A stretch of DNA of 64,000 bases, taken from positions 32,001-96,000 of the forward strand of contig CAZWEM010000001.1 of NCBI GenBank assembly GCA_964632315.1, in the 5' to 3' direction. Below, piece by piece: positions 30,067 through 40,307 of the stretch. The position numbers and the translations under genes were made by a program. The notes beneath the pieces are model-generated. The model was not told the origin of the DNA, made no database searches, and worked only from the letters and a program-made list of their open reading frames with translations. Within the stretch, counting starts at the first letter, position 1. Each line of letters starts with the position of its first letter. The DNA comes from an uncultured archaeon. Its GTDB lineage: Archaea > Asgardarchaeota > Lokiarchaeia > Sigyniarchaeales > SOKP01.

Positions 30067-31491
30067 TTATATAGCTTTTAGAGTATCTTTTAGAGATTTT
30101 TCAAATCGCTCGCAAATTTGGTCGGTTTCTTCATCATTAATCACTAATGGGGGCTTAATTTTCAGTACATTCTGAATGAAATAACCACCTGTGGACGCAA
30201 TTAATTGCATTTGTTCTCCAAAAAGGATATTATACTTTTTCCATGCAATATGGATCATGGATTCTATAACTTTATTATGTGGCTCTCTAGATTCTCTATC
30301 TTTAACAAATTCTACTCCAATAAATAATCCAGGGCCTCTAACATCTCCAATCTCTGGAATGTCTTCTGCTAATTCTTTTATGTATGAGGTTATTTTTTTA
30401 CCCTGTTTTTCAGCATTTTCGGGTATCTTGTTTTTCTGTAAGATCTCAACATTAACCAAACAAGCAGCCATAGCTAGAGGTGGTGAAGAGAAAGTGGAGT
30501 GATCTTCAAATTCAGTCAAGGTTCTTAATTTTTCAGATGCTACTGTGATTCCAATGGGCACACCTGCCGCTGCACCTTTAGTAAGAGTCATGATATCTGG
30601 AGAAATATCTTTATTATAAGTTGATTGATACCAATCTGAGCCAAACATCTTCCCCGTTCGACCAAATCCAGTTTGTGCTTCATCATAAGTTAAAAGTATT
30701 TTATTATTTGCACAGATCTCTTTTAATCCGATCAAAAAATCAACTGGAGCAGGAATCATGCCACCTGGGCCTTGCATTGGTTCTATAATACATCCAATCG
30801 GAGTTCCAGTTGGATATAATTCTATGCTTTCACGAATAAATTCCAAACATTCTAAATTACACGATTTATCTCTTTTTCCTTCAAAACCTTCTTTGTAATT
30901 CCAAGGACAACGATAACAATATGGATAAAAAGTTTTAATCCAATGTTCTTTTCCCCATCCTTCGAATCTCATCGGTAATCTCTGTGAAGCTCCCATCATA
31001 ACTAAATTAGAACCGTGATATCCTCGTCTAAATATAATAAATTGATCCCCCTTTTTGTTATTGATCATGCTCAACCTTATAGCACATTCCAATGCTGCAC
31101 CGCCTCCTGCATTATTCACGCTTACTTTTCCTCCTTTTAATTGGCCTGGAGCGATCTCAGCGATCTTATTAGTGAATCTTACTCGTACAGGATTCAAAAA
31201 ATAAGACCAAGAATGAGTTACTAGTTGAGATTGTAAGTATAATGCATAACTTATGTCTGGATTATTGTGACCTAAGTTATAGACCCAAGCTTGTGACGTA
31301 CAATCAAGAATTTCTTTACCATCTTGAGTCTTAAAATAAACTGAGCCTGGTTCGGTGCTCCCGGTTATGATATGTTCTCTGGCATTAGTTAAGAGATGAT
31401 GACGTCGGCATAATAGTATCTCCTCTTCATTTAAAGGATTTTTAAGCAATCTATCAATATCTTCCTTCTTTAAATATCTTGGTTCGACCAT
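30067..31491 (-). CDS. Class III PLP aminotransferase
   Basis: LGHNNP, GYHG, IIEPMQG, DEAQTGFGRTG, PDIMTLTKG, VRGPGL. Confidence 0.92.
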   Translation of the reverse strand: MVEPRYLKKEDIDRLLKNPLNEEEILLCRRHHLLTNAREHIITGSTEPGSVYFKTQDGKEILDCTSQAWVYNLGHNNPDISYALYLQSQLVTHSWSYFLNPVRVRFTNKIAEIAPGQLKGGKVSVNNAGGGAALECAIRLSMINNKKGDQFIIFRRGYHGSNLVMMGASQRLPMRFEGWGKEHWIKTFYPYCYRCPWNYKEGFEGKRDKSCNLECLEFIRESIELYPTGTPIGCIIEPMQGPGGMIPAPVDFLIGLKEICANNKILLTYDEAQTGFGRTGKMFGSDWYQSTYNKDISPDIMTLTKGAAAGVPIGITVASEKLRTLTEFEDHSTFSSPPLAMAACLVNVEILQKNKIPENAEKQGKKITSYIKELAEDIPEIGDVRGPGLFIGVEFVKDRESREPHNKVIESMIHIAWKKYNILFGEQMQLIASTGGYFIQNVLKIKPPLVINDEETDQICERFEKSLKDTLKAI

Positions 31492-31500
31492 GGTAAAATA

Positions 31501-31587
31501 TTATCTTTCTATTATTAAAAGGATTAGTTTTTCTGCTTATTTATTATTCTGCTTATCTTTCTGTTATTAAAAGGATTAATTTTTCTG
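31501..31587. repeat. Two 35-nt direct repeats (31501-31535, 31553-31587), probable duplicated promoter
   Basis: TTATCTTTCT(A/G)TTATTAAAAGGATTA(G/A)TTTTTCTG, 33/35 identical; minus strand has TTTTAATA preceded by a purine run. Confidence 0.8.
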
Positions 31588-31626
31588 TTGATCAAAAAAA
31601 TAAAAAAAGTGGGAAAGAAACCCAAA

Positions 31627-32076
31627 TTAGACTAATTTAAAATATTCAATATCCAAGATTCTTTTTCGTGGTTTTTCCTTAAAAACTGCTGCTACTCTTG
31701 CTCCAACTTCTAATTTATTAGGATCTCCCTCATTTATTATGTGAACAAAATCAGAATCTGCCCCATCAAGTCGAATGCGAGCATAGGCAAAAGGTGGATC
31801 GAGTGGCATTACTGGAGTTGAATGAGTGATCACCGTAAATCCTGTTATAGTTCCTTGGTTTCCCAGTTCTACCCATTCCTCCATCTTTTCAAAACACTTG
31901 AAACATACCATTTTCGGTGGAACATATACCTCTCCACATTTAGGACACCTTACACCATATATTTTATTGTTTTTTCCGATTTCTGTGATGAATTTCTCTA
32001 CATATGCTCCCGCAGTATGTTTATAGGGAACTTTAATCCTCCCTCGATAAACTTTTTTCTCAATGTCATCTGTCAT
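31627..32076 (-). CDS. Zn-ribbon/OB-fold (DUF35) protein
   Basis: CPKC..VYVPP...CFKC, IRLDGAD. Confidence 0.9.
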   Translation of the reverse strand: MTDDIEKKVYRGRIKVPYKHTAGAYVEKFITEIGKNNKIYGVRCPKCGEVYVPPKMVCFKCFEKMEEWVELGNQGTITGFTVITHSTPVMPLDPPFAYARIRLDGADSDFVHIINEGDPNKLEVGARVAAVFKEKPRKRILDIEYFKLV

Positions 32077-32078
32077 TT

Positions 32079-32576
32079 TTAATCTCCCTCCTTTTCATCT
32101 TCAACTATTCTAAAATATGGAATGTCTGCAACCAAATCACCGACAAGTTCATCATTAAATACTGCTTCGACTCTTTGCCCAATTTTCATCTTACTAGCAT
32201 CAGTTTCATTAACAAAATGCATTGTATAGGTATCAGCTCCATCTAATTTGAATATTGCATAACCATAAGGAAATGGTCGGATTCCTCCTGTTGAGGGATC
32301 AGTAAATGGGTAATTTACAACCGTGAATCCCTCCAATGTTCCTCTTGGAGGTAATTCTACCATATCATCTAGGGTCATCTTCACTAAACACTCTGCACAT
32401 ACAGCTCTAGGGGGAAAATGTACTTTTTTACATTTTGGACATTTACTGCCAAGAATTTTCTTATTTTCTTTTAATTCTTCAAAGAATTTTACCGCAAGTT
32501 TTCCAATTGACCATCTATATGGCAAATTAGTTTTCCATTTAATTTCAAAAATGTCTCCTTTTTTCTTTCTACTCAT
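32079..32576 (-). CDS. Zn-ribbon/OB-fold (DUF35) protein
   Basis: CPKC..VHFPPR..CAEC, KLDGAD. Confidence 0.9.
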   Translation of the reverse strand: MSRKKKGDIFEIKWKTNLPYRWSIGKLAVKFFEELKENKKILGSKCPKCKKVHFPPRAVCAECLVKMTLDDMVELPPRGTLEGFTVVNYPFTDPSTGGIRPFPYGYAIFKLDGADTYTMHFVNETDASKMKIGQRVEAVFNDELVGDLVADIPYFRIVEDEKEGD

Positions 32577-32581
32577 TTATT

Positions 32582-33766
32582 TCACCTCATTGGTTCTTTT
32601 CCTAATATCATTAATTCCGTCCATAAACTTCCACCAAATCCCATAGCAAGTGCTCTTTCAACATCTGGAACTTGACGTTTTTCTCCACGATCCATTATCT
32701 GAGTCGCGGCTTCTGCAACTCTTACCATCGCGGTAGCACCGATAGGATTAGTACTCAAAACGCCTCCCGAAGGATTAACTGGTAATTCTCCACTCATTTG
32801 GGTGATACCTTCATCTAAAAGCTTTCCTCCCTCTCCGGGTTTGCAGAAACCAAGAGCTTCAGTCCAAGAAAGTTCACTCCAAGAAGTCGGTTCATAAATT
32901 TCAGCAACATCTAAGTCATTTATTGGATCTTTTATGCCTGCTTTTTTATATGCTTTCTTTGATGCTATCGTAGCTGTAGGAAGGTCATACATTTTATCAT
33001 CTGTCCCAAATGTATAATAATGTGCAGTTTCCACTGCGTGGAACCATGCCGGATTATCCGTGATCTTTTTAACCTCTGTCTCATTGGCATAAATTAAAGC
33101 ACATGCACCTTCACTCTGTGGGCAACAATCATGTAATCTTAGAGGATAGGAAATTACTTGAGAACTCATCACATAATCAATTGTTATATCTGGCATTTGG
33201 AGATGAGCAAAAGGGTTATTTGCGGCATTACTTCTATTCTTTACAGTCACTTTTGCTGCCTGTTCAGGTGTTATTCCATATTTTGCTGAATACATTCCCG
33301 CCATTAAAGCTAGTGGACCTAGTGCTCCTGCGAGAGAAGGTCTTTCCCAAACTGGGTCAAATGCAGTTATAATCCCAGTCGTTGCTCCACCTTCATTCAA
33401 TTTTTCCCATCCTATTACAAGAACCTTATCATAGATCCCAGAAGCTACATTATGATATCCACAAATTGCTAATGAACTGCCCGTGGTACCCCCAGTTGCC
33501 ACCTTGACTACAGGTTTCAGATATCCTGGAGCAGCGTCAATTCCCGTCCACATCTCAGAAAAGTTTATCCCTTCAAAGTGATCCATATTACCGATTAGAA
33601 TCGCATCGATATCTTTTGGTTCAAGTTGAGCATCATCAAGAGCCATTCTAACGGCTTCATATATCATTTCTGGGATATTTACATCTCTTCTCTTACTTCT
33701 AAATTTGGTTTGCCCTATTCCAACTATTGCAGTTTGATGTTTTGTCATTTTTTTACTCGCCTCCAA
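32582..33766 (-). CDS. Thiolase-family protein (Ltp3-like)
   Basis: GIGQTK..KR.DV, DHFEG, GWEK, AEIYEP.SW.E..W.E.LGF, SGGVLSTNPIGA. Confidence 0.85.
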   Translation of the reverse strand: MEASKKMTKHQTAIVGIGQTKFRSKRRDVNIPEMIYEAVRMALDDAQLEPKDIDAILIGNMDHFEGINFSEMWTGIDAAPGYLKPVVKVATGGTTGSSLAICGYHNVASGIYDKVLVIGWEKLNEGGATTGIITAFDPVWERPSLAGALGPLALMAGMYSAKYGITPEQAAKVTVKNRSNAANNPFAHLQMPDITIDYVMSSQVISYPLRLHDCCPQSEGACALIYANETEVKKITDNPAWFHAVETAHYYTFGTDDKMYDLPTATIASKKAYKKAGIKDPINDLDVAEIYEPTSWSELSWTEALGFCKPGEGGKLLDEGITQMSGELPVNPSGGVLSTNPIGATAMVRVAEAATQIMDRGEKRQVPDVERALAMGFGGSLWTELMILGKEPMR

Positions 33767-34892
33767 AAATTAAAACGCAATTTCCTTGGGAACATATCCC
33801 ATTCATTCCATGTGCCAAACCTATTTTAGCATTATTTACTTGTCGTTTCCCAGCTTTTCCCATGAGTTGCGTGGCTACTTCGGCAACTCTTATTAAACCA
33901 TTTGCCATTGTCGGGTTACTAGATAGCACTCCTCCAGACTTATTTATTGGAAGATTTGATTCAAAGTGATCGTCTATAAACTTTCCTCCTTCTCCTTTTT
34001 TACACAAGCCCAGAGATTCATAGATCATCAGTTCATGAAATGAAAACGCATCATACACTTCAAATATGTCAATTTCTTTTAGGGGATTTTGTATATTCGC
34101 CATTTTATATGCTTCCTTGGCTGCTAATTCCAATCCAACGAGATCAGTCATGTTCCTATGACCTAAGTAATATGCATCTGTACAACTTCCATATCCTTTC
34201 AACCATACTGGAGTGTCTGTAAATTCTTTAGCTTTCGCTTCATTTGTTAGAAGCATTGCTACAGCACCATCTGAAAAAGGCGGTAAATCTAATTCCTTTA
34301 GGGGATATGCCATCATTTTTGAATTAAGGACGTCCTCAATGGAAATTTCTTTCTGCAAATGAGCGTATGGATTGTCACGGGCATATTTTCTATTTTTTAC
34401 AGCAATTTTAGCTGCTTGTTCCTCAGAAATTCCATACTTCTGCATATACATGTTCGCCATCAATCCAGCCGACGAAACTTGATCCAAACCAAGATGTCGT
34501 TGATAGAATGGATCGAATATTGAATTATTTACCAGATACTGGTTTACTTCTGAACATTTGCAATGAGAAACTACAAGAACTGTATCATATGACTCTGATA
34601 AAATTCGCATGGCTCCATATACATAAGCAAACGCCCCATCACCAGAAACGCGAGATTCGCTTTTTCTTACTGACCCTACTGCGTCTTGAATCGCCATGTT
34701 AGCAATTGTTCTGCCATCGTTAAAATCATTAGAACTGGTGATTACACATCCAACATCATCATTAGTTATTCCGAGATCTTCATGAAGCTGGTGAACAACT
34801 TCGAAAACTAGTTCTGAAACGGTTAAATCAATTTTATCTTCTTCATATTTAGTTTGAGCGCAACCAACTATCGCTACTTTATCTTTATCCAT
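33753..34892 (-). CDS. Thiolase-family protein (Ltp4-like)
   Basis: ES.V.GDGAFA, DPFY, PPFSDGA, EVYDAF, NKSGGVLSSNP. Confidence 0.85.
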   Translation of the reverse strand: MDKDKVAIVGCAQTKYEEDKIDLTVSELVFEVVHQLHEDLGITNDDVGCVITSSNDFNDGRTIANMAIQDAVGSVRKSESRVSGDGAFAYVYGAMRILSESYDTVLVVSHCKCSEVNQYLVNNSIFDPFYQRHLGLDQVSSAGLMANMYMQKYGISEEQAAKIAVKNRKYARDNPYAHLQKEISIEDVLNSKMMAYPLKELDLPPFSDGAVAMLLTNEAKAKEFTDTPVWLKGYGSCTDAYYLGHRNMTDLVGLELAAKEAYKMANIQNPLKEIDIFEVYDAFSFHELMIYESLGLCKKGEGGKFIDDHFESNLPINKSGGVLSSNPTMANGLIRVAEVATQLMGKAGKRQVNNAKIGLAHGMNGICSQGNCVLIFGGE

Positions 34893-35092
34893 TTTTGATT
34901 TCCATTCTTTTTGATTTTTAATATATATATTGAGTTAATATATTAGCAGTTGATATATAAATAGTTTTAAATTAGTTTTCATAAAAAAGTCAGTATTACT
35001 CTATTAGGATATATTTAAACTTTAAATAGTAAGATGATTAATTTTTATATCAATATAATTATAAATGAATATTAATCGAAATTTCAGTTTAT

Positions 35093-35998
35093 GTGATAAT
35101 AAAAATGCCAAATCCAGAAAATAAATTGGTAATTTCAGCAGCCTTAGTTGGTGCGATTACTACTAAGGATAATAATCCAAATGTACCCTATACTGCTGAA
35201 GAGTTTGGAGATGAAGCTAAAAAATGCTATGATGCAGGAGCTGCTATTGTACACATCCATGCACGACATCCTGAAATAGGCAATCCTACACCAGATTTAG
35301 ATATAATAAGAGCTGTATTAGAAAATATAAAATCTAAAGCTCCGGATATAATTATTAATCTGAGTACTGCAATTAGCTCAGTTGCTACTGAAAAAGAACG
35401 AATTGCTCCTATCAAAACATTTAAACCTCCACTTGCTTCATTAAATACCGCTTCTATGAACTTTGCAGTTGGAGATTATCGCACTGGTAAAGTTGGTATG
35501 GGCGCAACTAATATTTTTGAAAATACTTTCAAAACAATCCAAAAATTCGCAAAAGAAATGAAGAAAGCAGGTACAAAACCCGAAATGGAAATCTATGACT
35601 TGGGTGGAATGTATAACATGCTTTTCCTTAATAGACATCCAGAAAATTTCACGCAACCATTACATTTTCAGTTTGTTTGGGGTGTACTTGGAGGAATTCC
35701 ATTCAATCCGAGAAATTTTTCACTGATGTTAGATATGAGGCCTCAAGATTCAACATGGAGTGTATGTGGAGTTTCTAAACAACAATTCCAAGCTGCTCTA
35801 TGTGCTGCAGCTATGAATGGACATATTCGTGTTGGGTTGGAAGATAATACTCGTGTTATTTCAGGTGAATTAGCAAAAGGAAGTTGGGAGCAAGTAGCAT
35901 GGGCTAAAAAAGTAGCTGAACTTGCAGGTCGAGAAATTGCTCAAGGTGATGAAGCAAGAGAAATTTTCAATCTTAAAAAAGAGCATGTTCAACTTTAA
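35093..35998 (+). CDS. Beta-keto acid cleavage enzyme (Kce/DUF849) (likely start 35105)
   Basis: GAAIVHIHAR, INLST, ASLN..SMNF, PEMEIYD, GHIRVGLEDN. Confidence 0.92.
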   Translation: MIIKMPNPENKLVISAALVGAITTKDNNPNVPYTAEEFGDEAKKCYDAGAAIVHIHARHPEIGNPTPDLDIIRAVLENIKSKAPDIIINLSTAISSVATEKERIAPIKTFKPPLASLNTASMNFAVGDYRTGKVGMGATNIFENTFKTIQKFAKEMKKAGTKPEMEIYDLGGMYNMLFLNRHPENFTQPLHFQFVWGVLGGIPFNPRNFSLMLDMRPQDSTWSVCGVSKQQFQAALCAAAMNGHIRVGLEDNTRVISGELAKGSWEQVAWAKKVAELAGREIAQGDEAREIFNLKKEHVQL

Positions 35999-36069
35999 GC
36001 TAAAAAACTCTATTCAAATTTTTCTTTTTATTTATTTTATTTGTGAAAAATAGTTATAGAAAAAAAAAA

Positions 36070-36669
36070 TTAATATGAAAATCCTTCGGGTAAATCTGAT
36101 TCTGGTGTGTTTTCAACTACAAAGGAGAGATCAGTTATTGTGTAAGTTGGATTTTTTGTTCTAAAAATCGGAACTACTCGTTTTCCAATTTCAGGTTCAC
36201 CTACAGACAGATAAGACATTAAAATCGTAACAACGTCATCGAATTCCACATTTATAAATTTAATAGGTTTTGCTAGCATATTAAATGCTCCTGAACGATG
36301 TGTGATGATAAATGAATGTATTTTTGCAGTCTTTCTTGCTTTTTCAGTCATATCTATTACTGTCATTTTTCGTAAACAATCGGGACATGCGATTCTAAAA
36401 GGTTGATAAATTGAACCACGAGTTTCGCATTTTTCATTATCGCACCTCGTTGCCATGAGCTTACCCTTTCCTAAAGATTCAAAGAATATTGCTTCCCCAC
36501 CATATGAATGTATATACGTCATATCTCGAGGATTAGTAACTCCCGCAAGCTTTCCAGTATCTTTATCAAAAATAGGTTGATTTGCTTCTATAATGTGAAA
36601 CTTACCTCTAGGTTTATATCTACCATTTATAACTTCAACAAATCCTTTTTCTTCTTCTGTTTTAGGCAT
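36070..36669 (-). CDS. Zn-ribbon/OB-fold (DUF35-like) thiolase partner
   Basis: YIHSYGGE..FF, RC...C, CPDC, V.P.F; directly after a thiolase gene. Confidence 0.8.
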   Translation of the reverse strand: MPKTEEEKGFVEVINGRYKPRGKFHIIEANQPIFDKDTGKLAGVTNPRDMTYIHSYGGEAIFFESLGKGKLMATRCDNEKCETRGSIYQPFRIACPDCLRKMTVIDMTEKARKTAKIHSFIITHRSGAFNMLAKPIKFINVEFDDVVTILMSYLSVGEPEIGKRVVPIFRTKNPTYTITDLSFVVENTPESDLPEGFSY

Positions 36670-36673
36670 TTTC

Positions 36674-38095
36674 TTAATCCTCCTTTATTAAGTTATTAGG
36701 GTCCATTAAAATAGTACAAGTTACGTGAGAACCTACACCAGCATGACTAATTGCCAATGCTCGTTTAGCTCCTTTAACTTGCAGGCTTGTCCAATCTTTT
36801 GGTTTTTCTCTTCCAAAAGCTTTCCACTTTTCAATTGGCTCGTGAATTTCATCCCAACGGTTCCATATATGGTATCCAATCTCAGCTATTTGCATTAAAC
36901 CAGTTGCTCCAACAGCATGCATGCATCCGATTAATCCACCACTTGGATTACTTGGTAGTTTTCCTGGCTTTTTAGTATTTGGATTAATAACATACGCATC
37001 ACCACTTTCAATATAGTCTCTTCCTTCTCCATAGGGTCTTATTCCAATGTCCTCATAGGTTTGGATATCACTTATCGTAAATGCATCATGTAATTCTACT
37101 AAATCAAGGTCTTCTGTAGGATCTACAACACCAGCCATGTGATATGCATAATATGCTGCTACTCTAGCTGCTAAAAAGCTACTAAAACCTGGATAACGAT
37201 CTCCACCTGGAAATCTTTTACCCAAATCATCATACTGCCCTTTATTTTCATTTGGTAATAACGGTATTTTCATATCACGCCGATCAGCCACTCTTAGTGT
37301 ATGGCTTCCAGCACCAAGATATATTCTTAAAGGTTTGTCAGTTATTTCATAAGCCGTTTTTTCATCGCAAACAATTCCACAAGCAGAACCCACACTCATT
37401 AAACAACAGTCTAATACGCGAAGGGGATGCGCCACGATTGGAGAATCTATAACATCTTGTACCGTTATATCCATCGGTCCATGAGCGTGAGGATTCATTC
37501 TTGCATAACCCCTGTTTTTCACGGCGACTTCTGCCATTGTCTTCCGAAATGATTCTTCTTCCTTGCCAAATACTTTCCAGTATCTTTGTGCCATGACCGC
37601 ATAATATCCTGTATATATATGTCCTAAAGGAGTTTCCCAGTCTTTATCCGCAGCAGCAGAAATAAGATGATTACCTTCATCAGTGGGGACTTCGTCCATC
37701 CGTTCCCAGCCCATCGCCAAAGCGCAATCACTATACCCTGAAGCTACAGCTTTGATCGCTTCCCACATTGCTGATCCTCCAGTAGCACCACCAGTTTTGA
37801 CTCCAATATTTCCTAATGGATCTAAACCAAGTCTATCATGAATTACGGCTTCTCCAAGTAATTGATCTCCGAAATGATCTGCAAAATGACCGTAATAACA
37901 AGTATGAATATATTTCTTTAACTCTGAGGGGGTCATTTTAACAAAGTCAGCCGCAGCAGTAAGTGCATCAATACATAATTCTTCAGTTCTAGTTTCTGGG
38001 AATGCCCTATCAAATTTTGACATCCCTACTGTAGCTAAATATACTGGTCGCATTAATTTGGGGATTTTTAATTGTTTTTCGCTAAATTTAATCAT
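36674..38095 (-). CDS. Thiolase-family protein (archaeal SCP2-type)
   Basis: KTGGATGG, GWERM, VAVKNR, LDCC, ELHDAF, SGGLIGCMHAVGATG. Confidence 0.9.
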   Translation of the reverse strand: MIKFSEKQLKIPKLMRPVYLATVGMSKFDRAFPETRTEELCIDALTAAADFVKMTPSELKKYIHTCYYGHFADHFGDQLLGEAVIHDRLGLDPLGNIGVKTGGATGGSAMWEAIKAVASGYSDCALAMGWERMDEVPTDEGNHLISAAADKDWETPLGHIYTGYYAVMAQRYWKVFGKEEESFRKTMAEVAVKNRGYARMNPHAHGPMDITVQDVIDSPIVAHPLRVLDCCLMSVGSACGIVCDEKTAYEITDKPLRIYLGAGSHTLRVADRRDMKIPLLPNENKGQYDDLGKRFPGGDRYPGFSSFLAARVAAYYAYHMAGVVDPTEDLDLVELHDAFTISDIQTYEDIGIRPYGEGRDYIESGDAYVINPNTKKPGKLPSNPSGGLIGCMHAVGATGLMQIAEIGYHIWNRWDEIHEPIEKWKAFGREKPKDWTSLQVKGAKRALAISHAGVGSHVTCTILMDPNNLIKED

Positions 38096-38326
38096 ATTCT
38101 ACACTTTATACAAAATATATTTAATATCAATTTATAATTTCGAAACAGATTGATATTTTAATATTTGATGCGTTATGATTAAAATATTACTACTAATAAT
38201 CTTATTTGGGATTTTCCTCCCATTGAGTTCTATATAGAAAAATCATAGTTAGTATATTATTTTATAAAAATTACTCTATTAAACTAATATCGTTATTAAA
38301 TCACTTTAATTAAACGGATTATTAAA

Positions 38327-38824
38327 ATGAAAATTAGTAAAATCGAGGGCTACATTTTTCTTAAATATCATACCTATATTTCAGCGGAAGCCTTTTATAA
38401 CGGAAAATCTATATTATTTTGTACTTTGCCTGGAATTGGTTCGTCACATTTCGTTTTTCTTTATAGCAAATTTATTCAGAATTATACTCAACAGAAACTA
38501 AATGAATATGAAAAAATCAACTCTATAAATGGTAAAGATATCACTGTGTTAGAAGCTCTTAATCTAAAATTAAAACAGTGCCTAATTAATTATGATTATG
38601 TAGTTGTGGAATCCATAAACCGAGAAATCTTAAAAATTTTTACAGATTTGTACCTCAAAAATATTTACAGCTTTAATAATTTGATATTAGAAGGAAGAAA
38701 ATTGATTAAAAAAATAACAGAAGAAAGATTAAAGCCAATAAATATTAAAATTATCTCACATATTAATGCTCCTATTGAATGGAGAGAAAAAAATCTCTAC
38801 AAGGAAGATTCTATGGCTATATAA
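38327..38824 (+). CDS. Hypothetical protein
   Basis: 165-aa ATG ORF filling an intergenic gap; no motif recognised. Confidence 0.55.
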   Translation: MKISKIEGYIFLKYHTYISAEAFYNGKSILFCTLPGIGSSHFVFLYSKFIQNYTQQKLNEYEKINSINGKDITVLEALNLKLKQCLINYDYVVVESINREILKIFTDLYLKNIYSFNNLILEGRKLIKKITEERLKPINIKIISHINAPIEWREKNLYKEDSMAI

Positions 38825-38908
38825 AACATTAAGAAATTGGTGGGAATAAAATCCTACAAAAACTTCTTTCTGAAAAATTTATTATGCTAACAAAAAGTAT
38901 CATATATT

Positions 38909-40243
38909 ATGGACACTAGAATTGCTGAATTCAGTAAGATCCGTATCTCGAAATACGTGCCTGAATTAGACTTGCTGAATAATCCCGTATTAAATGCAAA
39001 AGAAAAAGAGTTTTTAGCGGAACTATACGATTTCATCGAAAAACAACTCGATGTTGAGCTGAGAAAACTTGAAGAACTTAATTATTTGGTTGAAGAACCA
39101 ACTCAAGATAAGAAAAAAGATATTGTAATAGCAATAATGAAAAAACTTTCGGATAATGGATATTATTCCACAGTTCTTGACGAAAGTGATTATGAGGTAG
39201 GACGGATTACTAGAAACGCCTTAATCGCTTATGCATTGTGTGGAGGCCGTTGGAGTGAATATAGTGAGAGATATATTGCAGGAAATTATAGTATTGAAAT
39301 GGGAAGATTAGCAGGAGGAACATTATATTGCAATCCAGTTAATTATGCTGCAAATAATATGCAAAAGGAACGATTTTTAGTTCCTGTGGCAAAAGAAGGT
39401 CAAATTGGAGCATCAGCGATGACTGAGTTCAATGCGGGATCAGATATTTTTAGAATGGAGCTTGCACTTAATGAAAGGGATGACAAGATCATTGCAAAAG
39501 GTAAAAAGTTATTCATCACTAATGGCATGATTGCAGATTATATTATTTTGTATGGCAGACTAAACAATGGTCAGTTAGCAGCAGTAGTCGTAGATACCGA
39601 ACATCAGCAATTAAAAGATTTCAGGAGTACTCGTATTAGAACCTATGGAATGACTGATGCATTTGTGAGCCGGTTAATATTTGATAGAGTAGAATTGCCA
39701 AAAGAAAATTTATTGGCGGGTCATGGATTAGATATAGCTTTTCATCAATTAACAGAAGAAAGATTAGTAATTAGTGCAGAAGCCCTTGGCGATACTATGA
39801 AAAAGTTAATTTATTCACACGCGTACGCTCTTCAACGAAGACAGTTTGAAAAACGTCTACATCAATATCAGGTGATTCGCTTTCCAATATCTACTAAAAT
39901 TAGGGAACTAAATTTACTATTCTCAGCATTAATTCAATATGTTAGGCAATTAGATGCTCACCCTGAATTAGCGGGCTCAAAATTGATGGCAGCTAATGCA
40001 ATGGGGCTTAAAATTAGTTCTACAGAATTAGGATTCGAAAGTGCAATTCATTGTTTTAGAACCTTAGGTGGGCGGGGCTTCACAAGACAGTATGCAAACT
40101 TGATCGGATTGATGGATCCTTATTGTATGGTTCATGGTGGGGGAAGTAATTATGTACTAGAAGATAGTGAATCAAGAAGATTTTTCAAATTCAAACCAAC
40201 TCGAAGTAATATGGAAGATACAATTCCTAGAATTGATTATTAA
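38909..40243 (+). CDS. Acyl-CoA dehydrogenase family protein
   Basis: AMTEFNAGSD, GKKLFITNG, R.QF...L..YQ, LGGRGF. Confidence 0.9.
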   Translation: MDTRIAEFSKIRISKYVPELDLLNNPVLNAKEKEFLAELYDFIEKQLDVELRKLEELNYLVEEPTQDKKKDIVIAIMKKLSDNGYYSTVLDESDYEVGRITRNALIAYALCGGRWSEYSERYIAGNYSIEMGRLAGGTLYCNPVNYAANNMQKERFLVPVAKEGQIGASAMTEFNAGSDIFRMELALNERDDKIIAKGKKLFITNGMIADYIILYGRLNNGQLAAVVVDTEHQQLKDFRSTRIRTYGMTDAFVSRLIFDRVELPKENLLAGHGLDIAFHQLTEERLVISAEALGDTMKKLIYSHAYALQRRQFEKRLHQYQVIRFPISTKIRELNLLFSALIQYVRQLDAHPELAGSKLMAANAMGLKISSTELGFESAIHCFRTLGGRGFTRQYANLIGLMDPYCMVHGGGSNYVLEDSESRRFFKFKPTRSNMEDTIPRIDY

Positions 40244-40307
40244 CCATTTTTACTATAATTCATTACCGATCAAATAATTAAATATAGATTATACTTTTAT
40301 TTAAAAG

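Noticed and set aside
31501-31587. Mini-CRISPR array
   Set aside because: Only two copies, a 17-nt spacer partly made of repeat sequence, and no cas genes.
37140-37300. Extra segment in thiolase 36674-38095 (KIPLLPNE...YPGF) as an in-frame intron
   Set aside because: Open, protein-like, and no BHB fold was evident by eye. In-frame micro-introns elsewhere would need orthologue alignments to detect.
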